Below are positions 15,201 to 30,900 of a DNA stretch of 64,000 nucleotides, one piece after another. Numbering within the stretch: position 1 is the stretch's first letter; every line of letters begins with the position of its first letter. Source of the stretch: the human T2T-CHM13v2.0 reference genome, Homo sapiens; assembly GCF_009914755.1 (NCBI RefSeq), contig NC_060939.1; one strand, 5' to 3'. The notes under the pieces are model-generated. The model ran no database searches. It saw nothing but the letters and a program-made list of their open reading frames with translations, and had not been told where the DNA came from. A program made the position numbers and the translations under genes.

Positions 15201-18200
15201 TCCATTGGACTGCATTCCATTCGATTCCATTCCATTCGAATCAATTACTTAGCAATCCATTACATTCGAGTCTATTCTATTCCGTTCCATTCGATTTCGT
15301 TCCAATCCATTCGATTCCATTCCATTCGATTCCATTCCATACTATTGCATTCCATTCGATTACATTATATTCGAATAAGTTCCATTCAAGACCATTTCTT
15401 TTGAGTCCATTCTATTTGAGTCCATTCCCTTTGATTCCATAACATTTGAGTCCATTCAATTCCATTCCTTTCGTTTCCATTCCATTTGATGCCATTCCAT
15501 TCAATTCGGTTCTACTCGACTCCAATACATTCAATTCCATTCCATCCGATTCCATTACATTCTTTTCATTTCTTATCCATTTCAAGCCATTCCACTCCAT
15601 TCCATTCCACTCGTTTCCTTTCCATTCGAGTCCATTCCTCTCCAGTCCATTCCGTTCAATCCATTCCATTCCAGTGCATTCCATTCGAGTCCGTTCCATT
15701 CCAGTCCATTTCATTCGAATCACTTCCATTCCATTCGATGTCTTTCCATAACGATCCATTCCATTCTATTCCTTTCGATTCCATTCCATTCTATTTCATT
15801 CCATTCGATTCCCTTCCATTGGACTCCTTTCCATTCGAGTGCATTCCATTCCGTTCCATTTCTTTCCGTTCTGTACGATTCCTACCGTTCGTTTTCATTT
15901 TGTTCCAGTCCATTCCTTTCGCGTCCATTCCATTCCATTTCACTCCATTCGATTCCATTCCACTCGATTCTACTTCGTTCCATTTCATTGCATTCCATTC
16001 TATTCAACTCTATTGTCTTCCATTCCATTCCATTCGATTACATTCCATGCGATTCCATTCGAAATCGAATCAATTACATTGCAATCCATTACTATTGAGT
16101 CCGTTTTATTCCAGTCCACTGCATTCTGGTCCATTCCATTTGATTCCATTCCATTCTATTCCATTCCATAGAGTTGCATTCCATTGGATTCCATTCTATA
16201 TCTATAAATTCAATTCGAGACCATTGCTTTTGAGTCCATTCTATATGATTCCATTCCATTCAAGTCCATTACATTTGGTTCAATTCCATTCCATTCCATT
16301 CCCTTCCATTCCATTCCAGTTGATATCAATCCATTCGATTCCATTCCATTCGAGCACATTCCATTCGAGTCCATTCCATTCGATGCCATTCTATTTGATT
16401 CTATTCCATTAGTCTCCATTCAATTCCATTAATCTCCATTCAATTCCATTCTACTCCAACTGATTCCATTCCATTCTATTCCTTTCCATTCCATTTCATT
16501 CCATTCCATTCCATTTCATTCCATTCCATTCCATTCGTGTCCATTCCACTCCAGTCCATTCCATTCGTGTCCATTCCATTCCAGTCCATTCCATTTGTGT
16601 CCACTGCATTCCATTCCACTCCATTCCATATTATTCCATTACACTCCATTCCATTCTATTACTTTCATTTCCATTCAATTCCATTCCAGTTGATTCCATT
16701 CCACTCGGTTTCATTCCATTTGAGTCCACTCCATTCCATTCCATTCCATTCCATTCAGTTCCATTCCATTCTGTTCCATTCCATTCCGTTCCATTACATT
16801 CCATTCCATTCGGTACCATTCCATATTGTTCCATTCGATTCCATTCGAATCCATTCCATTCCAGTCCATTCCATTCGATTCCATTCCATTCATTTCAATT
16901 CCATTCCATTCCATTCCATTACATTCCACTTGATTCCTCTCCATTCCCTTCCACTGCATTCCGTTCGATTCCATTCCATTGCATTGCATTCCATTCCATT
17001 GGATTGCATTCCATTCGATTCCATTCCATTCGAATCAATTACGTAGCAATCCATTACATTCGAGTCTATTCTCTTCCGTTCCATTCGATTTCGTTCCAAT
17101 CCATTCGATTCCATTCCATTCGATTCCATTCCATACTATTGCATTCCATTCGATTACATTATATTCGAATAAGTTCCATTCAAGACCATTTCTTTTGAGT
17201 CCATTCTATTTGAGTCCATTCCCTTTGATTCCATAACATTTGAGTCCATTCAATTCCATTCCTTTCGTTTCCATTCCATTTGATGCCATTCCATTCAATT
17301 CTGTTCTACTCGACTCCAATACATTCAATTCCATTCCATCCGATTCCATTACATTCTTTTCATTTCTTATCCATTTCAAGCCATTCCACTCCATTCCATT
17401 CCACTCGTTTCCTTTCCATTCGAGTCCATTCCTCTCCAGTCCATTCCGTTCAATCCATTCCATTCCAGTCCATTCCATTCGAGTCCGTTCCATTCCAGTC
17501 CATTCCATTCGAGTCAATTCCATCCCATTCGATGTCTTTCCATAACGATCCATTCCATTCTATTCCTTTCGATTCCATTCCATTCTATTTCATTCCATTC
17601 GATTCCCTTCCATTGGACTCCTTTCCATTCGAGTGCATTCCATTCCGTTCCATTTCTTTCCGTTCTGTACGATTCCTACCGTTCGATTTCATTTTGTTCC
17701 AGTCCATTCCTTTTGCGTCCATTCCATTCCATTTCACTCCATTCGATTCCATTCCACTCGATTCCACTTCGTTCCATTTCATTGCATTCCATTCTATTCA
17801 ACTCTATTGCCTTCCATTCCATTCCATTCGATTACATTCCATGCGATTCCATTCGAAATCGAATCAATTAAATTGCAATCCATTACTATTGAGTCCATTT
17901 TATTCCAGTCCACTGCATTCTGGTCCATTCCATTTGATTCCATTCCATTCTATTCCATTCCATACAGTTGCATTCCATTGAACTCCATTCTATATCTATA
18001 AATTCAATTCGAGACCATTGCTTTTGAGTCCATTCTATATGATTCCATTCCATTCAAGTCCATTACATTTGGTTCAATTCCATTCCATTCCATTCCCTTC
18101 CATTCCATTCCAGTTGATATCAATCCATTCGATTCCATTCCATTCGAGCACATTCCATTCGAGTCCATTCCATTCGATGCCATTCCATTTGATTCTATTC

Positions 18201-21200
18201 CATTAGTCTCCATTCAATTCCATTAATCTCCATTCCATTCCATTCTACTCCAACTGATTCCATTCCATTCTATTCCTTTCCATTCCATTTCATTCCATTC
18301 CATTCCATTTCATTCCATTCCATTCCATTCCATTCCATTCGCTTCCATTCCATTCGTGTCCATTGCATTCCAGTCCATTCCATTTGTGTCCACTGCATTC
18401 CATTCCACTCCATTCCATATTATTCCATTACACTCCATTCCATTCTATTACTTTCATTTCCATTGAATTCCATTCCATTTGATTCCATTCCACTCGGTTT
18501 CATTCCATTTGAGTCGACTCCACTCCATTCCATTCCATTCCATTCCATTCAGTTCCATTCGTTTCTGTTCCATTCCATTCCGTTCCATTGCATTCCATTC
18601 CATTCGGTACCATTCCATATTGTTCCATTCGATTCCATTCGAATCCATTCCATTCCAGTCCATTCCATTCGATTCCATTCCATTCCTTTCAATTCCATTC
18701 CATTCCATTCCATTCCACTTGATTCCACTCCATTCCCTTCCACTGCATTCCATTGCATTGCGTTCCATTCCATTGGACTGCATTCCATTCGATTCCATTC
18801 CATTCGAATCAATTACATAGCAATCCATTACATTCGAGTCTATTCTATTCCGTTCCATTTGATTTCGTTCCAATCCATTCGATTCCATTCCATTCGATTC
18901 CATTCCATACTATTGCATTCCATTCTATTACATTATATTCGAATAAGTTCCATTCAAGACCATTTCTTTTGAGTCCATTCTATTTGAGTCCATTCCCTTT
19001 GATTCCATAACATTTGAGTCCATTCAATTCCATTCCTTTCGTTTCCATTCCATTTGATGCCATTCCATTCAATTCTGTTCTACTCGACTCCAATACATTC
19101 AATTCCATTCCATCCGATTCCATTACATTCTTTTCATTTCTTATCCATTTCAAGCTATTCCACTCAATTCCATTCCACTCGTTTCCTTTCCATTCGAGTC
19201 CATTCCTCTCAAGTCCATTCCGTTCAATCCATTCCATTCCAGTCCATTCCATTCGAGTCCGTTCCATTCCAGTCCATTCCATTCGAGTCAATTCCATTCC
19301 ATTCGATGTCTTTCCATAACGATCCATTCCATTCTATTCCTTTCGATTCCATTCCATTCTATTTCATTCCATTCGATTCCCTTCCATTGGACTCCTTTCC
19401 ATTCGAGTGCATTCCATTCCGTTCCATTTCTTTCCGTTCTGTACGATTCCTACCGTTCGATTTCATTTTGTTCCAGTCCATTCTTTCGCGTCCATTCCAT
19501 TCCATTTCACTCCATTCGATTCCATTCCACTCGATTCCACTTCGTTCCATTTCATTGCATTCCATTCTATTCAACTCTATTGCCTTCCATTCCATTCCAT
19601 TCGATTACATTCCATGCGATTCCATTCGAAATCGAATCAATTAAATTGCAATCCATTACTATTGAGTCCATTTTATTCCAGTCCACTGCATTCTGGTCCA
19701 TTCCATTTGATTCCATTCCATTCTATTCCATTCCATACAGTTGCATTCCATTGAACTCCATTCTATATCTATAAATTCAATGCGAGACCATTGCTTTTGA
19801 GTCCATTCTATATGATTCCATTCCATTCAAGTCCATTACATTTGGTTCAATTCCATTCCATTCCATTCCCTTCCATTCCATTCCAGTTGATATCAATCCA
19901 TTGATTCCATTCCATTCGAGCACATTCCATTCGAGTCCATTCCATTCGATGCCATTCCATTTGATTCTATTCCATTAGTCTCCATTCAATTCCATTAATC
20001 TCCATTCCATTCCATTCTACTCCAACTGATTCCATTCCATTCTATTCCTTTCCATTCCATTTCATTCCATTCCATTCCATTTCATTCCATTCCATTCCAT
20101 TCAATTCCATTCGCTTCCATTCCATTCGTGTCCATTGCATTCCAGTCCATTCCATTTGTGTCCACTGCATTCCATTCCACTCCATTCCATATTATTCCAT
20201 TACACTCCATTCCATTCTATTACTTTCATTTCCATTGAATTCCATTCCATTTGATTCCATTCCACTCGGTTTCATTCCATTTGAGTCCACTCCACTCCAT
20301 TCCATTCCATTCCATTCCATTCAGTTCCATTCCATTCTGTTCCATTCCATTCCGTTCCATTGCATTCCATTCCATTCGGTACCATTCCATATTGTTCCAT
20401 TCGATTCCATTCGAATCCATTCCATTCCAGTCCATTCCATTCGATTCCATTCCATTCCTTTCAATTCCATTCCATTCCATTCCATTCCACTTGATTCCAC
20501 TCCATTCCCTTCCACTGCATTCCATTGCATTGCATTCCATTCCATTGGACTGCATTCCATTCGATTCCATTCCATTCGAATCAATTACATAGCAATCCAT
20601 TACATTCGAGTCTATTCTATTCCGTTCCATTCGATTTCGTTCCAATCCATTCGATTCCATTCCATTCGATTCCATTCCATACTATTGCATTCCATTCTAT
20701 TACATTATATTCGAATAAGTTCCATTCAAGACCATTTCTTTTGAGTCCGTTCTATTTGAGTCCATTCCCTTTGATTCCATAACATTTGAGTCCATTCAAT
20801 TCCATTCCTTTCGTTTCCATTCCATTTGATGCCATTCTATTCAATTCTGTTCTACTCGACTCCAATACATTCAATTCCATTCCATCCGATTCCATTACAT
20901 TCTTTTCATTTCTTATCCATTTCAAGCCATTCCACTCCATTCCATTCCACTCGTTTCCTTTCCATTCGAGTCCATTCCTCTCCAGTCTATTCCGTTCAAT
21001 CCATTCCATTCCAGTCCATTCCATTCGAGTCCGTTCCATTCCAGTCCATTCCATTCGAGTCAATTCCATTCCATTCGATGTCTTTCCATAACGATCCATT
21101 CCATTCTATTCCTTTCGATTCCATTCCATTCTATTTCATTCCATTCGATTCCCTTCCATTGGACTCCTTTCCATTCGAGTGCATTCCATTCCGTTCCATT

Positions 21201-24200
21201 TCTTTCCGTTCTGTACGATTCCTACCGTTCGATTTCATTTTGTTCCAGTCCATTCTTTCGCGTCCATTCCATTCCATTTCACTCCATTCGATTCCATTCC
21301 ACTCGATTCCACTTCGTTCCATTTCATTGCATTCCATTCTATTCAACTCTATTGCCTTCCATTCCATTCCATTCGATTACATTCCATGCGATTCCATTCG
21401 AAATCGAATCAATTACATTGCAATCCATTACTATTGAGTCCGTTTTATTCCAGTCCACTGCATTCTGGTCCATTCCATTTGATTCCATTCCATTCTATTC
21501 CATTCCATACAGTTGCATTCCATTGGATTCCATGCTATATCTATAAATTCAATTCGAGACCATTGCTTTTGAGTCCATTCTATATGATTCCATTCCATTC
21601 AAGTCCATTACATTTGGTTAAATTCCATTCCATTCGGTTCAATTCCATTCCATTCCATTCCCTTCCATTCCATTCCAGTTGATATCAATCCATTCGATTC
21701 CATTCCATTCGAGCACATTCCATTCGAGTCCATTCCATTCGATGCCATTCCATTTGATTCTATTCCATTAGTCTCCATTCAATTCCATTAATCTCCATTC
21801 CATTCCATTCTACTCCAACTGATTCCATTCCATTCTATTCCTTTCCATTCCATTTCATTCCATTCCATTCCATTCCATTCGTGTCCATTCCACTCCACTC
21901 CATTCCATTCGTGTCCATTCCATTCCAGTCCATTCCATTTGTGTCCACTGCATTCCATTCCACTCCATTCCATATTATTCCATTACACTCCATTCCATTC
22001 TATTACTTTCATTTCCATTCAATTCCATTCCATTTGATTCCATTCCACTCGGTTTCATTCCATTTGAGTCCACTCCATTCCATTCCATTCCATTCAGTTC
22101 CATTCCATTCTGTTCCATTCCATTCCGTTCCATTACATTCCATTCCATTCGGTACCATTCCATATTGTTCCATTCGATTCCATTCGAATCCATTCCATTC
22201 CAGTCCATTCCATTCGATTCCATTCCATTCATTTCAATTCCATTCCATTCCATTCCATTACATTCCACTTGATTCCTCTCCATTCCCTTCCACTGCATTC
22301 CGTTCGATTCCATTCCATTGCATTGCATTCCATTCCATTGGATTGCATTCCATTCGATTCCATTCCATTCGAATCAATTACATAGCAATCCATTACATTC
22401 GAGTCTATTCTCTTCCGTTCCATTCGATTTCGTTCCAATCCATTCGATTCCATTCCATTCGATTCCATTCCATACTATTGCATTCCATTCGATTACATTA
22501 TATTCGAATAAGTTCCATTCAAGACCATTTCTTTTGAGTCCATTCTATTTGAGTCCATTCCCTTTGATTCCATAACATTTGAGTCCATTCAATTCCATTC
22601 CTTTCGTTTCCATTCCATTTGATGCCATTCCATTCAATTCTGTTCTACTCGACTCCAATACATTCAATTCCATTCCATCCGATTCCATTACATTCTTTTC
22701 ATTTCTTATCCATTTCAAGCCATTCCACTCCATTCCATTCCACTCGTTTCCTTTCCATTCGAGTCCATTCCTCTCCAGTCCATTCCGTTCAATCCATTCC
22801 ATTCCAGTCCATTCCATTCGAGTCCGTTCCATTCCAGTCCATTCCATTCGAGTCAATTCCATTCCATTCGATGTCTTTCCATAACGATCCATTCCATTCT
22901 ATTCCTTTCGATTCCATTCCATTCTATTTCATTCCATTCGATTCCCTTCCATTGGACTCCTTTCCATTCGAGTGCATTCCATTCCGTTCCATTTCTTTCC
23001 GTTCTGTACGATTCCTACCGTTCGATTTCATTTTGTTCCAGTCCATTCTTTCGCGTCCATTCCATTCCATTTCACTCCATTCGATTCCATTCCACTCGAT
23101 TCCACTTCGTTCCATTTCATTGCATTCCATTCTATTCAACTCTATTGCCTTCCATTCCATTCCATTCGATTACATTCCATGCGATTCCATTCGAAATCGA
23201 ATCAATTACATTGCAATCCATTACTATTGAGTCCGTTTTATTCCAGTCCACTGCATTCTGGTCCATTCCATTTGATTCCATTCCATTCTATTCCATTCCA
23301 TACAGTTGCATTCCATTGGATTCCATGCTATATCTATAAATTCAATTCGAGACCATTGCTTTTGAGTCCATTCTATATGATTCCATTCCATTCAAGTCCA
23401 TTACATTTGGTTAAATTCCATTCCATTCGGTTCAATTCCATTCCATTCCATTCCCTTCCATTCCATTCCAGTTGATATCAATCCATTCGATTCCATTCCA
23501 TTCGAGCACATTCCATTCGAGTCCATTCCATTCGATGCCATTCCATTTGATTCTATTCCATTAGTCTCCATTCAATTCCATTAATCTCCATTCCATTCCA
23601 TTCTACTCCAACTGATTCCATTCCATTCTATTCCTTTCCATTCCATTTCATTCCATTCCATTCCATTCCATTCGTGTCCATTCCACTCCAGTCCATTCCA
23701 TTCGTGTCCATTCCATTCCAGTCCATTCCATTTGTGTCCACTGCATTCCATTCCACTCCATTCCATATTATTCCATTACACTCCATTCCATTCTATTACT
23801 TTCATTTCCATTCAATTCCATTCCATTTGATTCCATTCCACTCGGTTTCATTCCATTTGAGTCCACTCCATTCCATTCCATTCCATTCAGTTCCATTCCA
23901 TTCTGTTCCATTCCATTCCGTTCCATTACATTCCATTCCATTCGGTACCATTCCATATTGTTCCATTCGATTCCATTCGAATCCATTCCATTCCAGTCCA
24001 TTCCATTCGATTCCATTCCATTCATTTCAATTCCATTCCATTCCATTCCATTACATTCCACTTGATTCCTCTCCATTCCCTTCCACTGCATTCCGTTCGA
24101 TTCCATTCCATTGCATTGCATTCCATTCCATTGGATTGCATTCCATTCGATTCCATTCCATTCGAATCAATTACATAGCAATCCATTACATTCGAGTCTA

Positions 24201-27200
24201 TTCTCTTCCGTTCCATTCGATTTCGTTCCAATCCATTCGATTCCATTCCATTCGATTCCATTCCATACTATTGCATTCCATTCGATTACATTATATTCGA
24301 ATAAGTTCCATTCAAGACCATTTCTTTTGAGTCCATTCTATTTGAGTCCATTCCCTTTGATTCCATAACATTTGAGTCCATTCAATTCCATTCCTTTCGT
24401 TTCCATTCCATTTGATGCCATTCCATTCAATTCTGTTCTACTCGACTCCAATACATTCAATTCCATTCCATCCGATTCCATTACATTCTTTTCATTTCTT
24501 ATCCATTTCAAGCCATTCCACTCCATTCCATTCCACTCGTTTCCTTTCCATTCGAGTCCATTCCTCTCCAGTCCATTCAGTTCAATCCATTCCATTCCAG
24601 TCCATTCCATTCGAGTCCGTTCCATTCCAGTCCATTCCATTCGAGTCAATTCCATTCCATTCGATGTCTTTCCATAACGATCCATTCCATTCTATTCCTT
24701 TCGATTCCATTCCATTCTATTTCATTCCATTCGATTCCCTTCCATTGGACTCCTTTCCATTCGAGTGCATTCCATTCCGTTCCATTTCTTTCCGTTCTGT
24801 ACGATTCCTACCGTTCGATTTCATTTTGTTCCAGTCCATTCTTTCGCGTCCATTCCATTCCATTTCACTCCATTCGATTCCATTCCACTCGATTCCACTT
24901 CGTTCCATTTCATTGCATTCCATTCTATTCAACTATATTGCCTTCCATTCCATTCCATTCGATTACATTCCATGCGATTCCATTCGAAATCGAATCAATT
25001 ACATTGCAATCCATTACTATTGAGTCCGTTTTATTCCAGTCCACTGCATTCTGGTCCATTCCATTTGATTCCATTCCATTCTATTCCATTCCATACAGTT
25101 GCATTCCATTGGATTCCATGCTATATCTATAAATTCAATTCGAGACCATTGCTTTTGAGTCCATTCTATATGATTCCATTCCATTCAAGTCCATTACATT
25201 TGGTTCAATTCCATTCCATTCGGTTCAATTCCATTCCATTCCATTCCCTTCCATTCCATTCCAGTTGAAATCAATCCATTCGATTCCATTCCATTCGAGC
25301 ACATTCCATTCGAGTCCATTCCATTCGATGCCATTCCATTTGATTCTATTCCATTAGTCTCCATTCAATTCCATTAATCTCCATTCCATTCCATTCTACT
25401 CCAACTGATTCCATTCCATTCTATTCCTTTCCATTCCATTTCATTCCATTCCATTCCATTCCATTCCCTTCCATTCCATTCGTGTCCATTCCACTCCAGT
25501 CCATTCCATTCGTATCCATTCCATTCCAGTCCATTCCATTTGTGTCCACTGCATTCCATTCCACTCCATTCCATATTATTCCATTACACTCCATTCCATT
25601 CTATTACTTTCATTTCCATTCAATTCCATTCCATTTGATTCCATTCCACTCGGTTTCATTCCATTTGAGTCCACTCCATTCCATTCCATTCCATTCAGTT
25701 CCATTCCATTCTGTTCCATTCCATTCCGTTCCATTACATTCCATTCCATTCGGTACCATTCCATATTGTTCCATTCGATTCCATTCGAATCCATTGCATT
25801 CCAGTCCATTCCATTCGATTCCATTCCATTCATTTCAATTCCATTCCATTCCATTCCATTACATTCCACTTGATTCCTCTCCATTCCCTTCCACTGCATT
25901 CCGTTCGATTCCATTCCATTGCATTGCATTCCATTCCATTGGATTGCATTCCATTCGATTCCATTCCATTCGAATCAATTACATAGCAATCCATTACATT
26001 CGAGTCTATTCTCTTCCGTTCCATTCGATTTCGTTCCAATCCATTCGATTCCATTCCATTCGATTCCATTCCATACTATTGCATTCCATTCGATTACATT
26101 ATATTCGAATAAGTTCCATTCAAGACCATTTCTTTTGAGTCCATTCTATTTGAGTCCATTCCCTTTGATTCCATAACATTTGAGTCCATTCAATTCCATT
26201 CCTTTCGTTTCCATTCCATTTGATGCCATTCCATTCAATTCTGTTCTACTCGACTCCAATACATTCAATTCCATTCCATCCGATTCCATTACATTCTTTT
26301 CATTTCTTATCCATTTCAAGCCATTCCAGTCCATTCCATTCCACTCGTTTCCTTTCCATTCGAGTCCATTCCTCTCCAGTCCATTCCGTTCAATCCATTC
26401 CATTCCAGTCCATTCCATTCGAGTCCGTTCCATTCCAGTCCATTCCATTCGAGTCAATTCCATTCCATTCGATGTCTTTCCATAACGATCCATTCCATTC
26501 TATTCCTTTCGATTCCATTCCATTCTATTTCATTCCATTCGATTCCCTTCCATTGGACTCCTTTCCATTCGAGTGCATTCCATTCCGTTCCATTTCTTTC
26601 CGTTCTGTACGATTCCTACCGTTCGATTTCATTTTGTTCCAGTCCATTCTTTCGCGTCCATTCATTCCATTTCACTCCATTCGATTCCATTCCACTCGAT
26701 TCCACTTCGTTCCATTTCATTGCATTCCATTCTATTCAACTCTATTGCCTTCCATTCCATTCCATTCGATTACATTCCATGCGATTCCATTCAAAATCGA
26801 ATCAATTACATTGCAATGCATTACTATTGAGTCCGTTTTATTCCAGTCCACTGCATTCTGGTCCATTCCATTTGATTCCATTCCATTCTATTCCATTCCA
26901 TACAGTTGCATTCCATTGGATTCCATGCTATATCTATAAATTCAATTCGAGACCATTGCTTTTGAGTCCATTCTATATGATTCCATTCCATTCAAGTCCA
27001 TTACATTTGGTTAAATTCCATTCCATTCGGTTCAATTCCATTCCATTCCATTCCCTTCCATTCCATTCCAGTTGATATCAATCCATTCGATTCCATTCCA
27101 TTCGAGCACATTCCATTCGAGTCCATTCCATTCGATGCCATTCCATTTGATTCTATTCCATTAGTCTCCATTCAATTCCATTAATCTCCATTCCATTCCA

Positions 27201-27991
27201 TTCTACTCCAACTGATTCCATTCCATTCTATTCCTTTCCATTCCATTTCATTCCATTCCATTCCATTCCATTCCATTCCATTCCATTCCATTCGTGTCCA
27301 TTCCACTCCAGTCCATTCCATTCGTATCCATTCCATTCCACTCCATTCCATTTGTGTCCACTGCATTCCATTCCACTCCATTCCATATTATTCCATTACA
27401 CTCCATTCCATTCTATTACTTTCATTTCCATTCAATTCCATTCCATTTGATTCCATTCCACTCGGTTTCATTCCATTTGAGTCCACTCCATTCCATTCCA
27501 TTCCATTCAGTTCCATTCCATTCTGTTCCATTCCATTCCGTTCCATTACATTCCATTCCATTCGGTACCATTCCATATTGTTCCATTCGATTCCATTCGA
27601 ATCCATTCCATTCCAGTCCATTCCATTCGATTCCATTCCATTCATTTCAATTCCATTCCATTCCATTCCATTACATTCCACTTGATTCCTCTCCATTCCC
27701 TTCCACTGCATTCCGTTCGATTCCATTCCATTGCATTGCATTCCATTCCATTGGATTGCATTCCATTCGATTCCATTCCATTCGAATCAATTACATAGCA
27801 ATCCATTACATTCGAGTCTATTCTCTTCCGTTCCATTCGATTTCGTTCCAATCCATTCGATTCCATTCCATTCGATTCCATTCCATACTATTGCATTCCA
27901 TTCGATTACATTATATTCGAATAAGTTCCATTCAAGACCATTTCTTTTGAGTCCATTCTATTTGAGTCCATTCCCTTTGATTCCATAACAT

Positions 27992-30900
27992 TTGAGTCCA
28001 TTCAATTCCATTCCTTTCGTTTCCATTCCATTTGATGCCATTCCATTCAATTCTGTTCTACTCGACTCCAATACATTCAATTCCATTCCAACCGATTCCA
28101 TTACATTCTTTTCATTTCTTATCCATTTCAAGCCATTCCACTCCATTCCATTCCACTCGTTTCCTTTCCATTCGAGTCCATTCCTCTCCAGTCCATTCCG
28201 TTCAATCCATTCCATTCCAGTCCATTCCATTCGATTCCGTTCCATTCCAGTCCATTCCATTCGAGTCAATTCCATTCCATTCGATGTCTTTCCATAACGA
28301 TCCATTCCATTCTATTCCTTTCGATTCCATTCCATTCTATTTCATTCCATTCGATTCCCTTCCATTGGACTCCTTTGCATTCGAGTGCATTCCATTCCGT
28401 TCCATTTCTTTTCGTTCTGTACGATTCCTACCGTTCGATTTCATTTTGTTCCAGTCCATTCCTTTCGCGTCCATTCCATTCCATTTCACTCCATTCGATT
28501 CCATTCCACTCGATTCCACTTCGTTCCATTTCATTGCATTCCATTCTATTCAACTCTATTGCCTTCCATTCCATTCCATTCGATTACATTCCATGCGATT
28601 CCATTCGAAATCGAAACAATTACATTGCAATCCATTACTATTGAGTCCGTTTTATTCCAGTCCACTGCATTGTGGTCCATTCCATTTGATTCCATTCCAT
28701 TCTATTCCATTCCATACAGTTGCATTCCATTGGATTCCATTCTATATCTATAAATTCAATTCGAGACCATTGCTTTTGAGTCCATTCTATATGATTCCAT
28801 TCCATTCAAGTCCATTACATTTGGTTAAATTCCATTCCATTCGGTTCAATTCCATTCCATTCCATTCCCTTCCATTCCATTCCAGTTGATATCAATCCAT
28901 TCGATTCCATTCCATTCGAGCACATTCCATTCGAGTCCATTCCATTCGATGCCATTCCATTTGATTCTATTCCATTAGTCTCCATTCAATTCCATTAATC
29001 TCCATTCCATTCCATTCTACTCCAACTGATTCCATTCCATTCTATTCCTTTCCATTCCATTTCATTCCATTCCATTCCATTCCATTCGTGTCCATTCCAC
29101 TCCAGTCCATTCCATTCGTATCCATTCCATTCCAGTCCATTCCATTTGTGTCCACTGCATTCCATTCCACTCCATTCCATATTATTCCATGACACTCCAT
29201 TCCATTCTATTACTTTCATTTCCATTCAATTCCATTCCATTTGATTCCATTCCACTCGGTTTCATTCCATTTGAGTCCACTCCATTCCATTCCATTCCAT
29301 TCAGTTCCATTCCATTCTGTTCCATTCCATTCCGTTCCATTACATTCCATTCCATTCGGTACCATTCCATATTGTTCCATTCGATTCCATTCGAATCCAT
29401 TCCATTCCAGTCCATTCCATTCGATTCCATTCCATTCATTTCAATTCCATTCCATTCCATTCCATTCCATTCCACTTGATTCCTCTCCATTCCCTTCCAC
29501 TGCATTCCGTTCGATTCCATTCCATTGCATTGCATTCCATTCCATTGGATTGCATTCCATTCGATTCCATTCCATTCGAATCAATTACATAGCAATCCAT
29601 TACATTCGAGTCTATTCTCTTCCGTTCCATTCGATTTCGTTCCAATCCATTCGATTCCATTTCATTCGATTCCATTCCATACTATTGCATTCCATTCGAT
29701 TACATTATATTCGAATAAGTTCCATTCAAGACCATTTCTTTTGAGTCCATTCTATTTGAGTCCATTCCCTTTGATTCCATAACATTTGAGTCCATTCAAT
29801 TCCATTCCTTTCGTTTCCATTCCATTTGATGCCATTCCATTCATTTCTGTTCTACTCGACTCCAATACATACAATTCCATTCCATCCGATTCCATTACAT
29901 TCTTTTCATTTCTTATCCATTTCAAGCCATTCCACTCCATTCCATTCCACTCGTTTCCTTTCCATTCGAGTCCATTCCTCTCCAGTCCATTCCGTTCAAT
30001 CCATTCCATTCCAGTCCATTCCATTCGAGTCCGTTCCATTCCAGTCCATTCCATTCGAGTCAATTCCATTCCATTCGATGTCTTTCCATAACGATCCATT
30101 CCATTCTATTCCTTTCGATTCCATTCCATTCTATTTCATTCCATTCGATTCCCTTCCATTGGACTCCTTTCCATTCGAGTGCATTCCATTCCGTTCCATT
30201 TCTTTCCGTTCTGTACGATTCCTACCGTTCGATTTCATTTTGTTCCAGTCCATTCCTTTCGCGTCCATTCCATTCCATTTCACTCCATTCGATTCCATTC
30301 CACTCGATTCCACTTCGTTCCATTTCATTGCATTCCATTCTATTCAACTCTATTGCCTTCCATTCCATTCCATTCGATTACATTCCATGCGATTCCATTC
30401 GAAATCGAATCAATTACATTGCAATCCATTACTATTGAGTCCGTTTTATTCCAGTCCACTGCATTGTGGTCCATTCCATTTGATTCCATTCCATTCTATT
30501 CCATTCCATACAGTTGCATTCCATTGGATTCCATGCTATATCTATAAATTCAATTCGAGACCATTGCTTTTGAGTCCATTCTATATGATTCCATTCCATT
30601 CAAGTCCATTACATTTGGTTAAATTCCATTCCATTCGGTTCAATTCCATTCCATTCCATTCCCTTGCATTCCATTCCAGTTGATATCAATCCATTCGATT
30701 CCATTCCATTCAAGCACATTCCATTCGATGCCATTCCATTTGATTCTATTCCATTAGTCTCCATTCAATTCCATTAATCTCCATTCCATTCCATTCTACT
30801 CCAACTGATTCCATTCCATTCTATTCCATTCCATTCCATTTCATTCCATTCCATTCCATTTCATTCCATTCCATTCCATTCGTGTCCATTCCACTGCAGT

